Made by a program: the position numbers and the translations under genes
Shown here: positions 19,316 through 30,729 of the stretch, one piece after another
How the letters are laid out: the number at the start of each line of letters is the position of its first letter
Position numbering within the stretch: position 1 is the first letter of the stretch
The notes under the pieces: model-generated
Seen by the model: only the letters and a program-made list of their open reading frames with translations
Databases searched by the model: none
What the model was told of the DNA's origin: nothing
From: Candidatus Latescibacterota bacterium
GTDB lineage: Bacteria; Latescibacterota; UBA2968; UBA8231
Assembly (NCBI GenBank): GCA_965197905.1
Contig: CBDAOB010000004.1
Span: 480,001-544,000 of the forward strand
DNA: 64,000 nucleotides
Reading direction: 5' to 3'

Positions 19316-21289
19316 ATGAGGCGAAACAATACGGATGACGACCTAAGAGTGATGATCGACGACTCTTCGCCGATCATCACTCTTCGCGCTCTGGTCTTGG
19401 GTGTACTGACCATCGCTGTCGTGTTCTACTACGTTGTCCATATAGGACAGGGAATGCGCGTGGGGAGTTATGTGAAGTCGCAGTTCCCCATGACGGTATG
19501 GATTCCGTTCGTGCTGTGGTTGTTAGTGAATGCAGCGCTCAAACGATTGTTGCCACGCCTGGTTCTACGCCGTGGTGAAATACTGGCCATTTTCACGATG
19601 CTCTGGGTGGTGGGCACAATCCCGCAGGACGGGTGGATCAATTACTGGATAAGCGTACTGACGACGGCTAGCTATTTTGCCTCTCCGGAGAACCAGTGGG
19701 CCGAGACAATATTCGATTTTCTGCCCTGGAAGCTGTTTCCGCCTACGGCACCGGAAGTGATCGATGCCTTCTGGTTGGGTCTCCCCGAAGGAGCGGGCAC
19801 ACCTTGGATTAGATGGCTGGGCGTGATCAATTAGTGGCTGCTCGTGTCAGTGGCGATGGTGGTGGTTGGATTCTGTCTGATGGTTCTCTTTCAACGGCAT
19901 TGGGTTGAAGGGGAGAAGTTGACCTTCCCATTGGCGCAGATGCCGCTGGATTTGACGCAGGGGCTAGAGGGGTCGCGGCGAATACCGGATATTTTTAGCT
20001 CACGTCTGTTCCAGATCGGGGTTGCACTAGTTCTTGTTCCTACCTTCTACAATATCGGGACCTATTTTGCACCGGGGCTGCCGACTGTAGATCTCTATTT
20101 CAGGCACTACAACCTCCAGATCGAACCAGGCCTGCCGCTTACGATATGGTTCAGGGTGATGCCGCTGGTACTGGCCGTGGCCTATCTCTGTCCTCTGGAT
20201 ATCCTGAGCAGCCTAATCTTCTTCTACTGGATCTCCCTAGTCAAAGAGTGGGCGATGTGGAGGGTGGGATTCACTGTGGGGGACGAGGGCCAACAGATCA
20301 GTGGTGCGGAGATTCTCTACATGGAGAGCTACGGTGCTCTGCTTTTCGTGGCGTTGTGGTCGATCTGGTTGGCGCGACGGCACCTGCGAAACGTCTGGCA
20401 TCAGGTACGCACTGGGGAAGGCGAAAAGGGCGAGATACTCCACTACCGCCTGGCCCTTATCGGCTTGGTTTTGTCAGCAGCCTACGTGATCAACTGGTCC
20501 GTGGATTTGGGAATGAGCCTGACGTTAGCTCTTGGAACATTCGTACTGATGACACTGGTGTACTTTGTCACAGTCAAGCTGATAGCGGCTACGGGTTTTG
20601 CATATCTCTTTCCCAACATACCGCATGTCAAGGGCGAGAGTTTCATCGTCGAGTTGGTCGGTTCGATTCACCTGTCTCAGCAGAACCTGGTTGCCTTCAA
20701 AATGTTTACCAGCCACGCATTTTTTGGAACCTTCCGCATACCAGCGTGGCCGGCTATCCCCCATCACCTGCGGGTATTCTCTCTGCGGCACCAGCCCGGG
20801 TTGGTGACGGCGACGGTGTTGATCGCGTTTCCGGTGGGCTTTTTGGTGGCCGTGGGAGCGACTATTGAGATGGCCTATGACAGCGGGGCATCGGTCGTCC
20901 TATCGTGGGAGCCACGGTTCTTCAATGGCATGGTCCGTCTGTTGAATGAACCTACTGTTCCGGATTTGGGAAAGTGGGCTGTCTGGCTCTGGGGCTTTTT
21001 TGAGGCGGCGGGGATCGCCTTTTTACGAGCGCGCTTTCACTGGTTTCCATTCCATCCCATAGGTCTGGCCTTCCAGCATACTTTTGGTACCTGGCTCTAC
21101 TGGTTCAGTCTGCTTCTAGTTTGCATTGTCAAGTTAAGCCTGCTGCGCTATGGCGGAGTGCGGGCTTATCAGGCAACGAAGCCTCTTTTCTACGGGCTCG
21201 CCATAGGGTATGTGGTTGGGGTGATGCTTTCGGTGGTAGCGGATCTGATATGGTTTCCGGAAGCTGCTCATTTTCTGCATCGGTGGTAG
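19316..21289 (+). pseudogene. DUF6785/DUF6784-type polytopic membrane protein (putative transporter) with an in-frame TAG at 19832-19834
   Basis: The two ORFs are in the same frame; RHWVEGEKLTFPLAQMP and WFPFHPIG motifs; many TM helices. Confidence 0.75.
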
Positions 21290-21522
21290 ATGAATTACCC
21301 TTGGGGTGCAAGTTTTTTGTGGGGCAGCTTACTGCACCATTGGCACTTTCCAGTATCCGGTTAGTTGCAGCCAACAATTATCGTTTGCTTCGAGACGACG
21401 TACTCAGTGCCTGATTATCTCGTCAACGTTTCCCGCAGATCGGCATTCTTGAATTCTATGGTTGCGTCGGCTTCCAATCGGGTAACAGTAGGGAATCCTC
21501 AATAGAAAGCGCTCGATTCGGC

Positions 21523-24243
21523 ATGGCAGAAAATCAAGAAGAGCACCCTCAAAAAGGTGCTCCGGTAGATCTGCGCACGGAATATTTGGAATCTCCGATT
21601 GGACTCGAAGTCCGGCGGCCGGTGCTTTCCTGGCGATTGCCCTGGACAACACGCGGGGCCGCACAAACGGGCTTCCGCGTCGTGGCCGCGTCCTCTTTTG
21701 CCCTGCTAGAGCAGAGCGGGCCTTATGTCTGGGACTCCGGCAGAGTTGCTTCAGGCAATACATCAGTTGGTTACGCAGGCCCTGGGATCTCCAGCGGGGA
21801 CCGTCTCTATTTCAAGGTTCAGGCATGGGATGAGACGGGAAAGCCCACTGCATGGAGCCAGACGGCATTCTTTGAAATGGGTTTGCTCCATGCCGGCGAA
21901 TGGCAAGGTCCTTGGATGGCCGCACCTGGCATTCTGGTACCTCTGTTTCGCTCTACTTTCAATCTTGCAGATCCGGAAGACGTAATTGCGCACGCGCGGC
22001 TCTACGTTTCAGGGCTTGGCTATTTCGAAGCGCGGCTCAACGGGGAAAAGCTCGGCACACAAGTGCTGGCACCGGAGTATTCGGACTACACACAGCAAAT
22101 CTATTACCTCACGTTTGACGTAGAACCTCACCTGCGCCAAGGGGAAAACGTTCTTGGCCTTATTCTGGGACGCGGCTGGTTCGAGCACTTTGAATACGGC
22201 CAGTCTCAGTTTCGCTGCCAACTGCAGATTGCCCGCCGCGACGGCTCTACACAAATCATTGCCGCGCGTCCTGACGAGTGGCGGATGGCCACCGGCCCCT
22301 GGCTCGAGTGCGACATCTACAATGGCGAAAGTTACGACGCGCGGCTGGAAAAGGAGGGCTGGGACTGGCCTGGCTACGACGAGAGAGGCGAATGGAGCAG
22401 GGTCAAAGCCGCCCGCAAGCAGGCGCCGGGGAAACTGGTTGGCTTGCGTACTCAACCTATCAGCGTAACCCAGGATCTGAAGCCCGTGGCAGTGAATGAA
22501 GCTAGGTCGGGTACCATTGTTCTGGATTTCGGCCAGAATATGGCGGGCTGGGTGAAACTGCGCCTGAGCGGAAGATCCGGCACCGTCGTCCGCATGCGCT
22601 TTGCCGAGTGGCGCGGTGACGATGGCACCGTGGATCAGGAAAACCTAGAGGGAGCCCGGGCCACTGATCATTACACCCTAAAGGGCTCCGGAATCGAGAC
22701 CTGGGAACCACGGTTTACCTACCATGGATTTCGCTACGTTCAGCTCGATGGACTACCTGCACTTCCCGAAGAGTGGTCTGCCAGCGCCCGCTGCGTGCAT
22801 TCCGACGTTCCGCGCCGCGGTCGCTTTGTCTGCTCGGACGAGCGTCTTACTCGACTCAGCCTCAACGTCGACTGGTCCCTGCGCAGCAATATGATGAGCA
22901 TCTTTACGGATTGTCCGCAGCGCGATGAACGCCAAGGATGGCTAGGTGACGGGCATCTTGTGGCGGAAACAGTCTTCCATCACTTCAATCCAGGTGCTTT
23001 TTACCGCAAATGGCTGGAAGACATTCGCGGGACCCAGGACGAAGAGGGTCGACGCTGGTCCCCTACCGCACCGGTTTGGGTATTGGACCGAGACGATGCC
23101 ACCGGCGGCAAAGTTGGTTATTTCAGCAAGCCGGAACGCGTGACTCAAGAAGATGTTGTATGGACGGCGGCAGGGACGTCGATCCCCTGGTATCTCTACC
23201 TGTACAATAACGATGTCCGCGTTATTGAAGAGCATTTGCCGGTTATTGAAAAACACATTGACTTTATCATGTCCCAACCGCACGCTCCGCTCGTTCCTTT
23301 CAACAGATTTGGAGATTGGATGTACGTGGATTTTGCCGACCCCAAGGGTCCGACCGATAGGGTCCTACTTTCCACTGCTATCTTTCTCGAGCAGGTGAAT
23401 TGCGCGGTCGGCATGGCGGCGGCGCTTCAGCGCTTGCCGTTGCAGGCAAAACTGGAGAAGTATGGGGCAGAAATATCAAGAGCCTTGCGCACTCGCTTCT
23501 ACCAATCGGAGCACCATACGTTTGGCAGCCAGACGGCTGATGCGCTTGCGCTCACGGTTGGATTTGTGCCCCAGACAGAACGGCAAAGCGTTGTCGATCA
23601 TCTCGTCGAAGATATCCGGGAAAACCATTCCGGCCACCTCGCTGCGGGGATCGTCGGCACGAGATTCCTGTTGGAAGCGCTCTCTCGCGAAGGTCGTTTC
23701 GACGTGGCCTACGGCATCGTCACCGCAGAAGGATTTCCAGGCTGGATGGAGATGTTGAAGAACGGAGCCACCACCATTACGGAACGCTGGCACTACAAAG
23801 GCCATGTGGACAATTCCCACAACCATGCAGCATTCGGTGTTGTGAGCGCCTGGATGTTCCGCTGGATCGGTGGGGTGCGAATCGATCCTGACTTTCCCGG
23901 GTACGGACATTTCACGGTGGCACCGGAAACACCGGCAGATCTGGATTTCGCCAGGGTCGAGCTCGATACAGTTCGCGGCCCACTCGTCGCCGGCTGGGAG
24001 CAGACCGAGATGGGATTCATTCTCGATCTGCAAGTCCCTCCGACTGCTCTGGCTACGGTCGTCTTTCCGGGCAGTGAACGTGCGGATGTAGTGCTGCTCG
24101 AGAGCGACAAACTCTGTGTTGCGACGGATTTCTTGACACTGAAGGATCCCGATCCAGACAACGGAAGGAAGAGGGTCAGCGTAAAAAGTGGGGAGTATCA
24201 TTTTTCGGTGGTTAATCACAACCCTCAGATTCGTCCGACATAA
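21523..24243 (+). CDS. Alpha-L-rhamnosidase (GH78), second paralog
   Basis: TDCPQRDERQGWLGD, FTYHGFRYVQ, GATTITERW and SHNH motifs. Confidence 0.93.
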   Translation: MAENQEEHPQKGAPVDLRTEYLESPIGLEVRRPVLSWRLPWTTRGAAQTGFRVVAASSFALLEQSGPYVWDSGRVASGNTSVGYAGPGISSGDRLYFKVQAWDETGKPTAWSQTAFFEMGLLHAGEWQGPWMAAPGILVPLFRSTFNLADPEDVIAHARLYVSGLGYFEARLNGEKLGTQVLAPEYSDYTQQIYYLTFDVEPHLRQGENVLGLILGRGWFEHFEYGQSQFRCQLQIARRDGSTQIIAARPDEWRMATGPWLECDIYNGESYDARLEKEGWDWPGYDERGEWSRVKAARKQAPGKLVGLRTQPISVTQDLKPVAVNEARSGTIVLDFGQNMAGWVKLRLSGRSGTVVRMRFAEWRGDDGTVDQENLEGARATDHYTLKGSGIETWEPRFTYHGFRYVQLDGLPALPEEWSASARCVHSDVPRRGRFVCSDERLTRLSLNVDWSLRSNMMSIFTDCPQRDERQGWLGDGHLVAETVFHHFNPGAFYRKWLEDIRGTQDEEGRRWSPTAPVWVLDRDDATGGKVGYFSKPERVTQEDVVWTAAGTSIPWYLYLYNNDVRVIEEHLPVIEKHIDFIMSQPHAPLVPFNRFGDWMYVDFADPKGPTDRVLLSTAIFLEQVNCAVGMAAALQRLPLQAKLEKYGAEISRALRTRFYQSEHHTFGSQTADALALTVGFVPQTERQSVVDHLVEDIRENHSGHLAAGIVGTRFLLEALSREGRFDVAYGIVTAEGFPGWMEMLKNGATTITERWHYKGHVDNSHNHAAFGVVSAWMFRWIGGVRIDPDFPGYGHFTVAPETPADLDFARVELDTVRGPLVAGWEQTEMGFILDLQVPPTALATVVFPGSERADVVLLESDKLCVATDFLTLKDPDPDNGRKRVSVKSGEYHFSVVNHNPQIRPT

Positions 24244-24696
24244 GTTCTGCCCTGATTGCGCGTCAAGGAAGGATATATTGAGGTCGCCGCTGCTTAGGCG
24301 AAGGATGCTGTTTAGACCTGCCAGGTTGGTAAGCGAGGCATTAAGCTGAAGAATTACGCTCCCGCCTAGTTAGATTACTTAGTCTCTCAAGGTTGGTGCC
24401 TCGGGGGAACGGGTGACGAATGCGGCGCCCATGCCAAGTGCTCGGGGACGCATGCCGGTGTTGCCCATCTTGCGTCGCGGTAGTTCGGTCAATCAGGTTT
24501 TCCCCTTCCTAACTACGTACACCGGTGCTGCTCAAATGAACCGTGGACGTGAGTCGCGAATACTACCGATCGTCGGGACTTGCGGTCAAATCGGAAGAGA
24601 CTGACCGGGTCGCCACCGCGCTTAATCCGCCGCTTATCGCCCAGTACCTGGCACACCGACGGAGGACGATGGCGCCTGACCGTGCCTGTCCGTACA

Positions 24697-25383
24697 ATGC
24701 CGTTCATGTTTGCGATCTTCAAGAGGCTGCTACGTCAAGCCAGACAAAAGCGGTGGGCTAACCTGCTGGTGGTAACTCTGCGCATCGGCCTCGCCTTTGC
24801 CTTTGTGCCGGCGGGGCTGAAGAAGGTGATATATCAGCCCTTTACCGATCCGCAGAACACGGGTCTCTTTCATGAATTTCTCCACGCCTTCTACGCCACG
24901 GGCGCCTTCTACTCATTCGTTGGAATCATGCAACTCCTGGCGGCCCTGCTGCTCCTTTCTCAGCGTTTTGCCTTGGTGGGGGCGCTCATCCTTCTGCCCA
25001 TTGTTTCGACCATTCTCGTGTTTTGCTGGAGTACGAAGGTCTACCCCACGGCGACGGTTGTGACGTTCATGTTTGCCGCCACATCGGGCCTTGTCCTGTG
25101 GGACTGGCAGAAATGGCGCACTGTTTTCTTCCAGGATCAGCGGGGTGGTGAGATTCGGATGGAGCCCCCCTCTGTCTCCGTGGACCTGAATCTGTGGACC
25201 GGGTGCGGAATCCTGGTCACGTCGCTGTACCTGTTGGTCTGTGTCCTGACGGGTGGCGTCTACCGCCCTAAAGATGCCGAGTTCGACCGTCCTGCTTTTT
25301 ACATCTTCCCCCTGATGCTCCTGATCGTCGCCGCGACCTTCATCATCGACCAAATCCGATACCGACGGTCGATCCGGGGCTGA
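24697..25383 (+). CDS. DoxX family membrane protein
   Basis: LRIGLAFAFVPAGLKKV and YSFVGIMQLLAALLLL; several TM segments. Confidence 0.75.
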   Translation: MPFMFAIFKRLLRQARQKRWANLLVVTLRIGLAFAFVPAGLKKVIYQPFTDPQNTGLFHEFLHAFYATGAFYSFVGIMQLLAALLLLSQRFALVGALILLPIVSTILVFCWSTKVYPTATVVTFMFAATSGLVLWDWQKWRTVFFQDQRGGEIRMEPPSVSVDLNLWTGCGILVTSLYLLVCVLTGGVYRPKDAEFDRPAFYIFPLMLLIVAATFIIDQIRYRRSIRG

Positions 25384-25522
25384 GTTTACTTGCCGATGCG
25401 CTCTTCGCTGAGACCGTAGTCAGGGGATGTATCGACCGCGGCCGGCCTCTTCTTCACATCTCGCCGATCGACGTGAGAGAGGGGGACTTCTCCCGGGAAA
25501 TTATGGTTGCAGTGGGCCGATA

Positions 25523-25645
25523 TTACCCAGCCACATTCACCTGCTGCTCAGCGATATTAATCTGCACGTTCACGCCCAGCAGCTTCCGCACCTGAGCCAG
25601 CGACCATCATCCAATGTCCGTCGCACCTGCTTCTGCCATCATCTC
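25523..25645 (-). repeat. Element tail module, copy A (TerS-like stop + WSLAQVRKLLGVNVQINIAEQQVNVAG*)
   Basis: Homologous to 30820-30900, 54220-54307, 57075-57135 and 59629-59680. Confidence 0.85.
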
Positions 25646-25924
25646 GTTTAGAGAACGAACTGCTTCTTCTATCGACACCGTTGTCCGGTTCGAATTTTCG
25701 ATCTGCTGCTCTACCTGCTTCGGATACAGATCTCGGAACAGCTGGAAAAACACCCTGGGCTCGGTATCGAGCAGTTCCGCCAGCTTGATGCGGCCCAGAC
25801 CACCTTCGTTGTAGACTTCGATAAACTCCTGCTTCAGTGAAGTAAATCGATTTCTACTGCCCTTCCGGCGCCCCGGATTGCCAGCGGCAAACCTACCTTT
25901 TCCATCTCGTCCGTTCTCTGTCAT
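25607..25924 (-). CDS. DUF5681/terminase small-subunit-like protein
   Basis: GRDGKGRFAAGNPGRRKGSRNR N-terminal motif typical of small phage packaging-region proteins. Confidence 0.65.
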   Translation of the reverse strand: MTENGRDGKGRFAAGNPGRRKGSRNRFTSLKQEFIEVYNEGGLGRIKLAELLDTEPRVFFQLFRDLYPKQVEQQIENSNRTTVSIEEAVRSLNEMMAEAGATDIG

Positions 25925-25993
25925 CCGTACATCTCCGTTGTTTGCGGCATCGAGGAAGTCCCCTTTCGGTGCTGTTGCATTATCTCTCCCAGG

Positions 25994-26278
25994 TCAGTTT
26001 CGTTTCAGCCACGGTGCATGTGTGTGCCGAATGGGTTTTCCGAGGGAATCGCAATCCGAAAGGAAATGATGAAGATCTTGGTGTGCTTCCGGCCAGCACC
26101 GCGGAACATCCGGGTACCAGACGGTCCTTCCTGGTGGATCTCCCCTACCATAACGGATTTCCAGCGTAGGGATGCTCCCCCCAGGGGTTGGGATGCGTTT
26201 AATTTGCACGGAAACCCCCTTCAAACTGCGGAAATTTCCATCTTCGGGTGGTTTTGGTGTCTGATGATTCCAGAGAAG
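25994..26278 (-). pseudogene. 3' part of element hypothetical gene orfX (...WYPDVPRCWPEAHQDLHHFL...WLKRN*), copy 1
   Basis: ~270-bp homology with 31649-31913; differences are mostly synonymous in this frame. Confidence 0.65.
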
Positions 26279-26377
26279 CTAAGGCCCGACTTTAGCGCCC
26301 GCCTCAAGCTCTATCAGGCGCGGAAGCCCTATCGAACTGGGTCGGGGAGATAGAGAAACTCTCCCCCGCGAGGCTAA

Positions 26378-27232
26378 CTACTCTTCCAACTCGCCGGCGA
26401 GACGTTTGAGGTGATTCTCCCGGGGCTCATGAGCCCTTATCAAAGCAGCCCGGGGCACTTCGATGTGGGGCAACAACTCAGGGCCGGAGCGCACGAAGCC
26501 CTCGGCGAAATCGGTCCCCCCGCGCCAACCGAAGGATCCGGTCTGGATCTCTACCCGCTTGCGGCCGAAGGCCTCGCTTTGCGACTGGCTGGCGAACAGC
26601 ATTTCGGCCTGGATCCGTCGCTCCTTCCAGGCGGAGATGTCCACGTAAAAATCGATTTCATCCGGCTGGAAGTAGACGGCGGGATAATAGGTGGCGGCGA
26701 TCGTGTGAGGCGTCTGGGTGCTGCCAAAGTCCGGAATGCCCGCCAGGGCCTGCGCTTCCATGGTTGCGAACGCGGTTTCGAGGTGATCGTCGTGGCCGGC
26801 ATTCGTCAGGCGTTTAGGTCCATTCAGGAACGGGCTCTGCGGAACGAGGACGTCGGGGCGCACTTCCAGGATTATGTCCCTGAGCGCCTCGACTGCTGCC
26901 GGGGTTCTCTTGAACGGCTTATCGGGGAAGTCCAACACGCGGACATCGGCAATCCCGAACAGGGCGCAGACCTGGCCCAGCTCCTTCTTCTTGGTGGCCA
27001 TGTAGTCATCGCCGGACTGCTCGAGGACCGCGGGATCGCGCTCGGCCTCCGGCTTCAGCAGTTCGTCGTGGAGTTTCTCGTTGTGGGTGTGGCCGCCGCC
27101 GGTCACGGAGACCACGGTGACTTCGTCACCCATGGCCGCGTGGATTCCACACGTCCCCGAGCAGTGGGTGAAGTCGTGCGGGTGGGCGGTTATTACCAAA
27201 AACTTCAGCTTTTTGCGCTCGGCCACGGCCAT
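26378..27232 (-). CDS. PIG-L/LmbE family deacetylase
   Basis: AHPHD and HDDH motifs; AEGF near the C-terminus. Confidence 0.88.
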   Translation of the reverse strand: MAVAERKKLKFLVITAHPHDFTHCSGTCGIHAAMGDEVTVVSVTGGGHTHNEKLHDELLKPEAERDPAVLEQSGDDYMATKKKELGQVCALFGIADVRVLDFPDKPFKRTPAAVEALRDIILEVRPDVLVPQSPFLNGPKRLTNAGHDDHLETAFATMEAQALAGIPDFGSTQTPHTIAATYYPAVYFQPDEIDFYVDISAWKERRIQAEMLFASQSQSEAFGRKRVEIQTGSFGWRGGTDFAEGFVRSGPELLPHIEVPRAALIRAHEPRENHLKRLAGELEE

Positions 27233-27505
27233 TTCCTTTCGCTGTCGGGTGTCGGCAGCATGAACATATTTTCACACCGACCCAGAGTCAAAGATGCGCT
27301 GACCCGTAGGGCCGGGATTCATCGTCCACCATGGTCACGATGTAGCTCCGGTCACGTTCGAGACGTGCTGAAGGGTCGTAGCAGCCGAATGTGTATTCAG
27401 CGTCGACTCAAGTCGTCGCCAAGATCCGTCGAGTCGAATTGTCCCTTCTGGCTGCAGACGGCGACGACCAGCAGTTCGAAGTCCTCTTCCGTGGTGGCGA
27501 CGGCG

Positions 27506-28243
27506 CTACTGCATGACTTGCGGGTGCGCCTCCGCGGACGGTGGGGCCATGACGCGCTTCTGCTGTTCGGTCAATTCGCCGTAGAGCTCGAGATCGTAGA
27601 AGCTCTTCATCCAGGTGGAATGGCCGGGGCTGTACTTGTAGAGCAGAGTGCGGCGCTGGTGCCGGGCGCGCCAGGACATGGTGCCGTGAACGAGGGCTTC
27701 GGTGAAGATCAAGGCGTCTCCGGTCTTGGCTGGTGGCTGTCTCACGTAGTGGGCCGGACGTTCGAATCTGCGGACCTCTGCCGGGATGTACGCCATGAAG
27801 TTGGACTTGTGGCTGCCCGGTATGCAGGCGAAGCCGCCGTCTCCCTGGTTGGCGTCGGTCAGGAAGAAGGTGACGACGGTGAGCCCGTTGCGCATGACGC
27901 CATCGCGATAGCTATACCAGTGCGTGCCGCCCAGACCTGGTCCGCCGTGGAGGCCGCCGCGCTCATCCCCTTCATTCATTATGATGGCATAGTCGTGATC
28001 GATCCGGAAGGTGGGGCCGATCATCTCGACGAGGTAGGGTACGATGCGGGGGTGGTCGATGAGGTTTTTCGTGGCCTCGCCCCATTGACTGATCGTGTTG
28101 AAATCGTTGGAGGGGTCGTTGTCCCAGCCGTCGGCATGCTGGTCGACGAGGGCATTGAGCTTTTCCAATTCCCCCTTATTCAACACGTTCTCGATGACCA
28201 GATAACCTTCGAGGTCGAACTGGAACTTTTCGGCGTCTGTCAT
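27506..28243 (-). CDS. PhyH family dioxygenase
   Basis: FDLEGYLVIENVL, LHGG, CIPGSHKSN and EALVHGT motifs; AGGAG RBS. Confidence 0.9.
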   Translation of the reverse strand: MTDAEKFQFDLEGYLVIENVLNKGELEKLNALVDQHADGWDNDPSNDFNTISQWGEATKNLIDHPRIVPYLVEMIGPTFRIDHDYAIIMNEGDERGGLHGGPGLGGTHWYSYRDGVMRNGLTVVTFFLTDANQGDGGFACIPGSHKSNFMAYIPAEVRRFERPAHYVRQPPAKTGDALIFTEALVHGTMSWRARHQRRTLLYKYSPGHSTWMKSFYDLELYGELTEQQKRVMAPPSAEAHPQVMQ

Positions 28244-28457
28244 GGTAACGCTCCTGTGGAATTCGGCGAATTCGCGCGGAAAATTACCCTGGCCGTTTGA
28301 GAGTGTCAAGCAAGTGAGGGAGGCGCCCGAGCGCGGCGCCTGCGTTTCTATTGGAGGCAACAGGGAATGAAAATCACCGACGTAAGGTCCTTTCCAGCGC
28401 CGGGGCCTCGGCGAAGAAGACGATCGCTCGGGTCCAGCCGCTGAGGGAGATCGGACA

Positions 28458-28635
28458 ATGAGCAAGGACATCTGTTACGCCGACGCCACCGAGCTGGCCG
28501 AAGGGATTCGCACCAGAACCCTTTCCCCGATGGAGGTGCCGCGCGCCCACCTGGATCGCATCGAAGCCGTTAATCCAAAGATCAACGCCTTGGTCACTCT
28601 GGCCGACGATGCCCTGGAGCAGGCGCAAGAGGCAG
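28458..28635 (+). pseudogene. Amidase (GatA-like) N-terminal fragment
   Basis: DATELAEGIRTRTLSPMEV..AHLDRIEAVNPKINALVT, then homology is lost. Confidence 0.75.
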
Positions 28636-28699
28636 GCGCACTGTTTACATCGCCACTGTGGACCAGCACGAGTGCTTTGTGTTTTGCGGCTCTAAAAGT

Positions 28700-28893
28700 A
28701 AAGCAATGGATACCTATCTCTAATCGGTGAATGTGAACATGGAGATCGTGATAATTCGGAAGAACAAGGCCGTTCTTGATGCAGAAATATGTCCGTGGAG
28801 CAAAGTGGACGGCCATTCCTTATTATCAAACAGAGTCGAGTTCAATCTAAACCCCAACTGATTTTGATATGGGGAATACCCGCTAAATTACCT
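28700..28893 (+). repeat. ~190-bp repeat, copy 1 (shared with 60116-60300)
   Basis: Shared blocks TCTCTAATCGGTGA, GGAGATCGTGA, GTGGAGCAAAGTGGA, TTCAATCTAAA, CCAACTGATTTTGAT and AATACCCG. Confidence 0.8.
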
Positions 28894-28920
28894 GCACGGC
28901 GTTGACCGAGGTTGGAGATC

Positions 28921-29961
28921 ATGAAAACGCATCCTGAATTCGTCGATGTGGTGCCCGGTGACCAGACCAACATGCGCACCGGAGAGGCCGATATCGTCCA
29001 GAGCCAGGATGGCAGCCTGTTCATGGCCTACACCCACTTCCGTTCGTGGGAGGACGATGCGGCAGCCGAGATCCTCAGTCGCCGTTCCACCGACGGGGGT
29101 CGTTCGTGGAGCGAACCGCAGGTAGTCGTGGAAAACGAGGGTCGCAAGAACGTGGCGTCAGTCAGCATGCTGCAACTCAGGCCGGATCGTCTCTTCCTGT
29201 TTTATCAGCGTCAGCATTCGGAGCAGTCTTGCATAATCTGCTCCCGTCTTTCAACGGACGAGGGAAAGACCTTTGGTCCGGCGACGTTTCTGACCTCGGA
29301 AGACCGCTACTACTGTTTGTGCAACGACAGCGCCTTGCGACTTTCCGGTGGGCGTTTCGTTCTGCCCTATACCCTGAAAGTCGAACCCCCCGGTACGCCA
29401 ACAAGGTTAGAGGCCGGTTGCCTCTATTCGGATGACAACGGAGCATCGTGGCATTCGAGCAACACGGTGTTCGCACCCGAATCCGGAGCGATGGAGCCCA
29501 AGGTCGTCGAGCTCAAGGATGGTCGATTGTGGATGTTGCTGCGCACGGACCAGGGCACGCTTTACCAGGCGTATTCGGAAAATGGCGGCGAGCGTTGGAG
29601 CGAAACGGAATCTTCGGGCATCGCGGCGCCGCAGGCACCGTTTGTATTGCAGCGGATTCCGACAACGGGCGATATCATCCTCATTCGCAATCCGACCGTC
29701 GACCTGGAGCACCATCACCAGGGAATGCGCAACCCCCTCACCTGCACGATATCCACGGATGAAGGGAAGAACTGGCATTATTCGAAGGAACTGGAATCTG
29801 ACCGTTCCCTGGCTTACTGTTACGCCAGTTTAAGTTTGTTCGACGAAACCGCTGTTCTAAGCTATTACGTCGTACTCTTGGACAGACCGGCGGGGGACTC
29901 CACGGTGGGAGTCCATACCCTCCGGGTAACCCACGTGCCCGTGGACTGGTTTTATCACTGA
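28921..29961 (+). CDS. Sialidase-like BNR/Asp-box beta-propeller protein
   Basis: STDGGRSW, STDEGKTF, SDDNGASW, SENGGERW and STDEGKNW repeats. Confidence 0.88.
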   Translation: MKTHPEFVDVVPGDQTNMRTGEADIVQSQDGSLFMAYTHFRSWEDDAAAEILSRRSTDGGRSWSEPQVVVENEGRKNVASVSMLQLRPDRLFLFYQRQHSEQSCIICSRLSTDEGKTFGPATFLTSEDRYYCLCNDSALRLSGGRFVLPYTLKVEPPGTPTRLEAGCLYSDDNGASWHSSNTVFAPESGAMEPKVVELKDGRLWMLLRTDQGTLYQAYSENGGERWSETESSGIAAPQAPFVLQRIPTTGDIILIRNPTVDLEHHHQGMRNPLTCTISTDEGKNWHYSKELESDRSLAYCYASLSLFDETAVLSYYVVLLDRPAGDSTVGVHTLRVTHVPVDWFYH

Positions 29962-30078
29962 AGCGGCGTCTGCCGGCCTCAAGCCTTCTGGCGACTTCGT
30001 CTCTATCCACGATCGCGCACCTGGGCAAAGGCGCGGGCGATGCGCCATAACATGGGCTTCTAACCGAAGAGATGTACG

Positions 30079-30651
30079 AATCTGGCTCCGACTCTGACCC
30101 CCTACGTCGAAGCCTTTCTCGGCACAGAGCTGCGTCTGGGGTACGTGCACCTGCGGAACGCGGCTGGCAGCTACGATACCGGCTGGCACCGCGACGTGGG
30201 TGACAGCCGCCGCGACCTGCCGTACGAAGAAGAGATGAACCTGCTGAACGGGCCGATGACGGCGTTGCGCTGGCAGCTGGCCCTGATCGACCCCTGCTTG
30301 TGGCTCGTTCCGCACAGTCAGCGGCGCTACCGCACCGACGAGGAACGGGAAGCCCTCGTAGTCGACAGGCATATGGATATCGCCGGAATGGAGAACTTGA
30401 TGCTCAAGAGGGGGCAGACGCTGTTCTGGGATGGGAACACCATTCACCGGGGCATTCTGCCGCCGGCATTGAACGAGCGGCTGGTCCTGGCAGGCGGGCT
30501 GTGCAAATACCAGCGGGACGAGCCGCTGATGGATCTGGACGAGAGGTTCCGCTGGCGCATGGCCGACAACATCGGACTCGCCCTGCCCGACAAGGTGCGG
30601 CTCTGGTGGGAGCGCTGGCTGTCACTGCAGAAGGTCTCGGGGCCATGTTGA
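30079..30651 (+). pseudogene. 5'-truncated PhyH-like dioxygenase
   Basis: WHRD, LWLVPHSQRR and NTIHRG; in-frame stop upstream and no convincing start. Confidence 0.65.
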
Positions 30652-30729
30652 GGATCTTGCATCCGAGATCATTGATCGCTGGAGCGAATGCGGACCTCGA
30701 TCAAAACAGGCGCTCCGCAGACGACAGAC

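Noticed and set aside
25523..25609. Stop-codon read-through from the TerS-like ORF into the in-frame tail peptide
   Set aside because: The stop is TGA in one copy and TAA in others, and the tail is frameshifted or deleted in several copies
26411..28300. 629-aa plus-strand ORF
   Set aside because: Antisense shadow of the PIG-L and PhyH genes, typical of high-GC DNA, with no recognisable motifs
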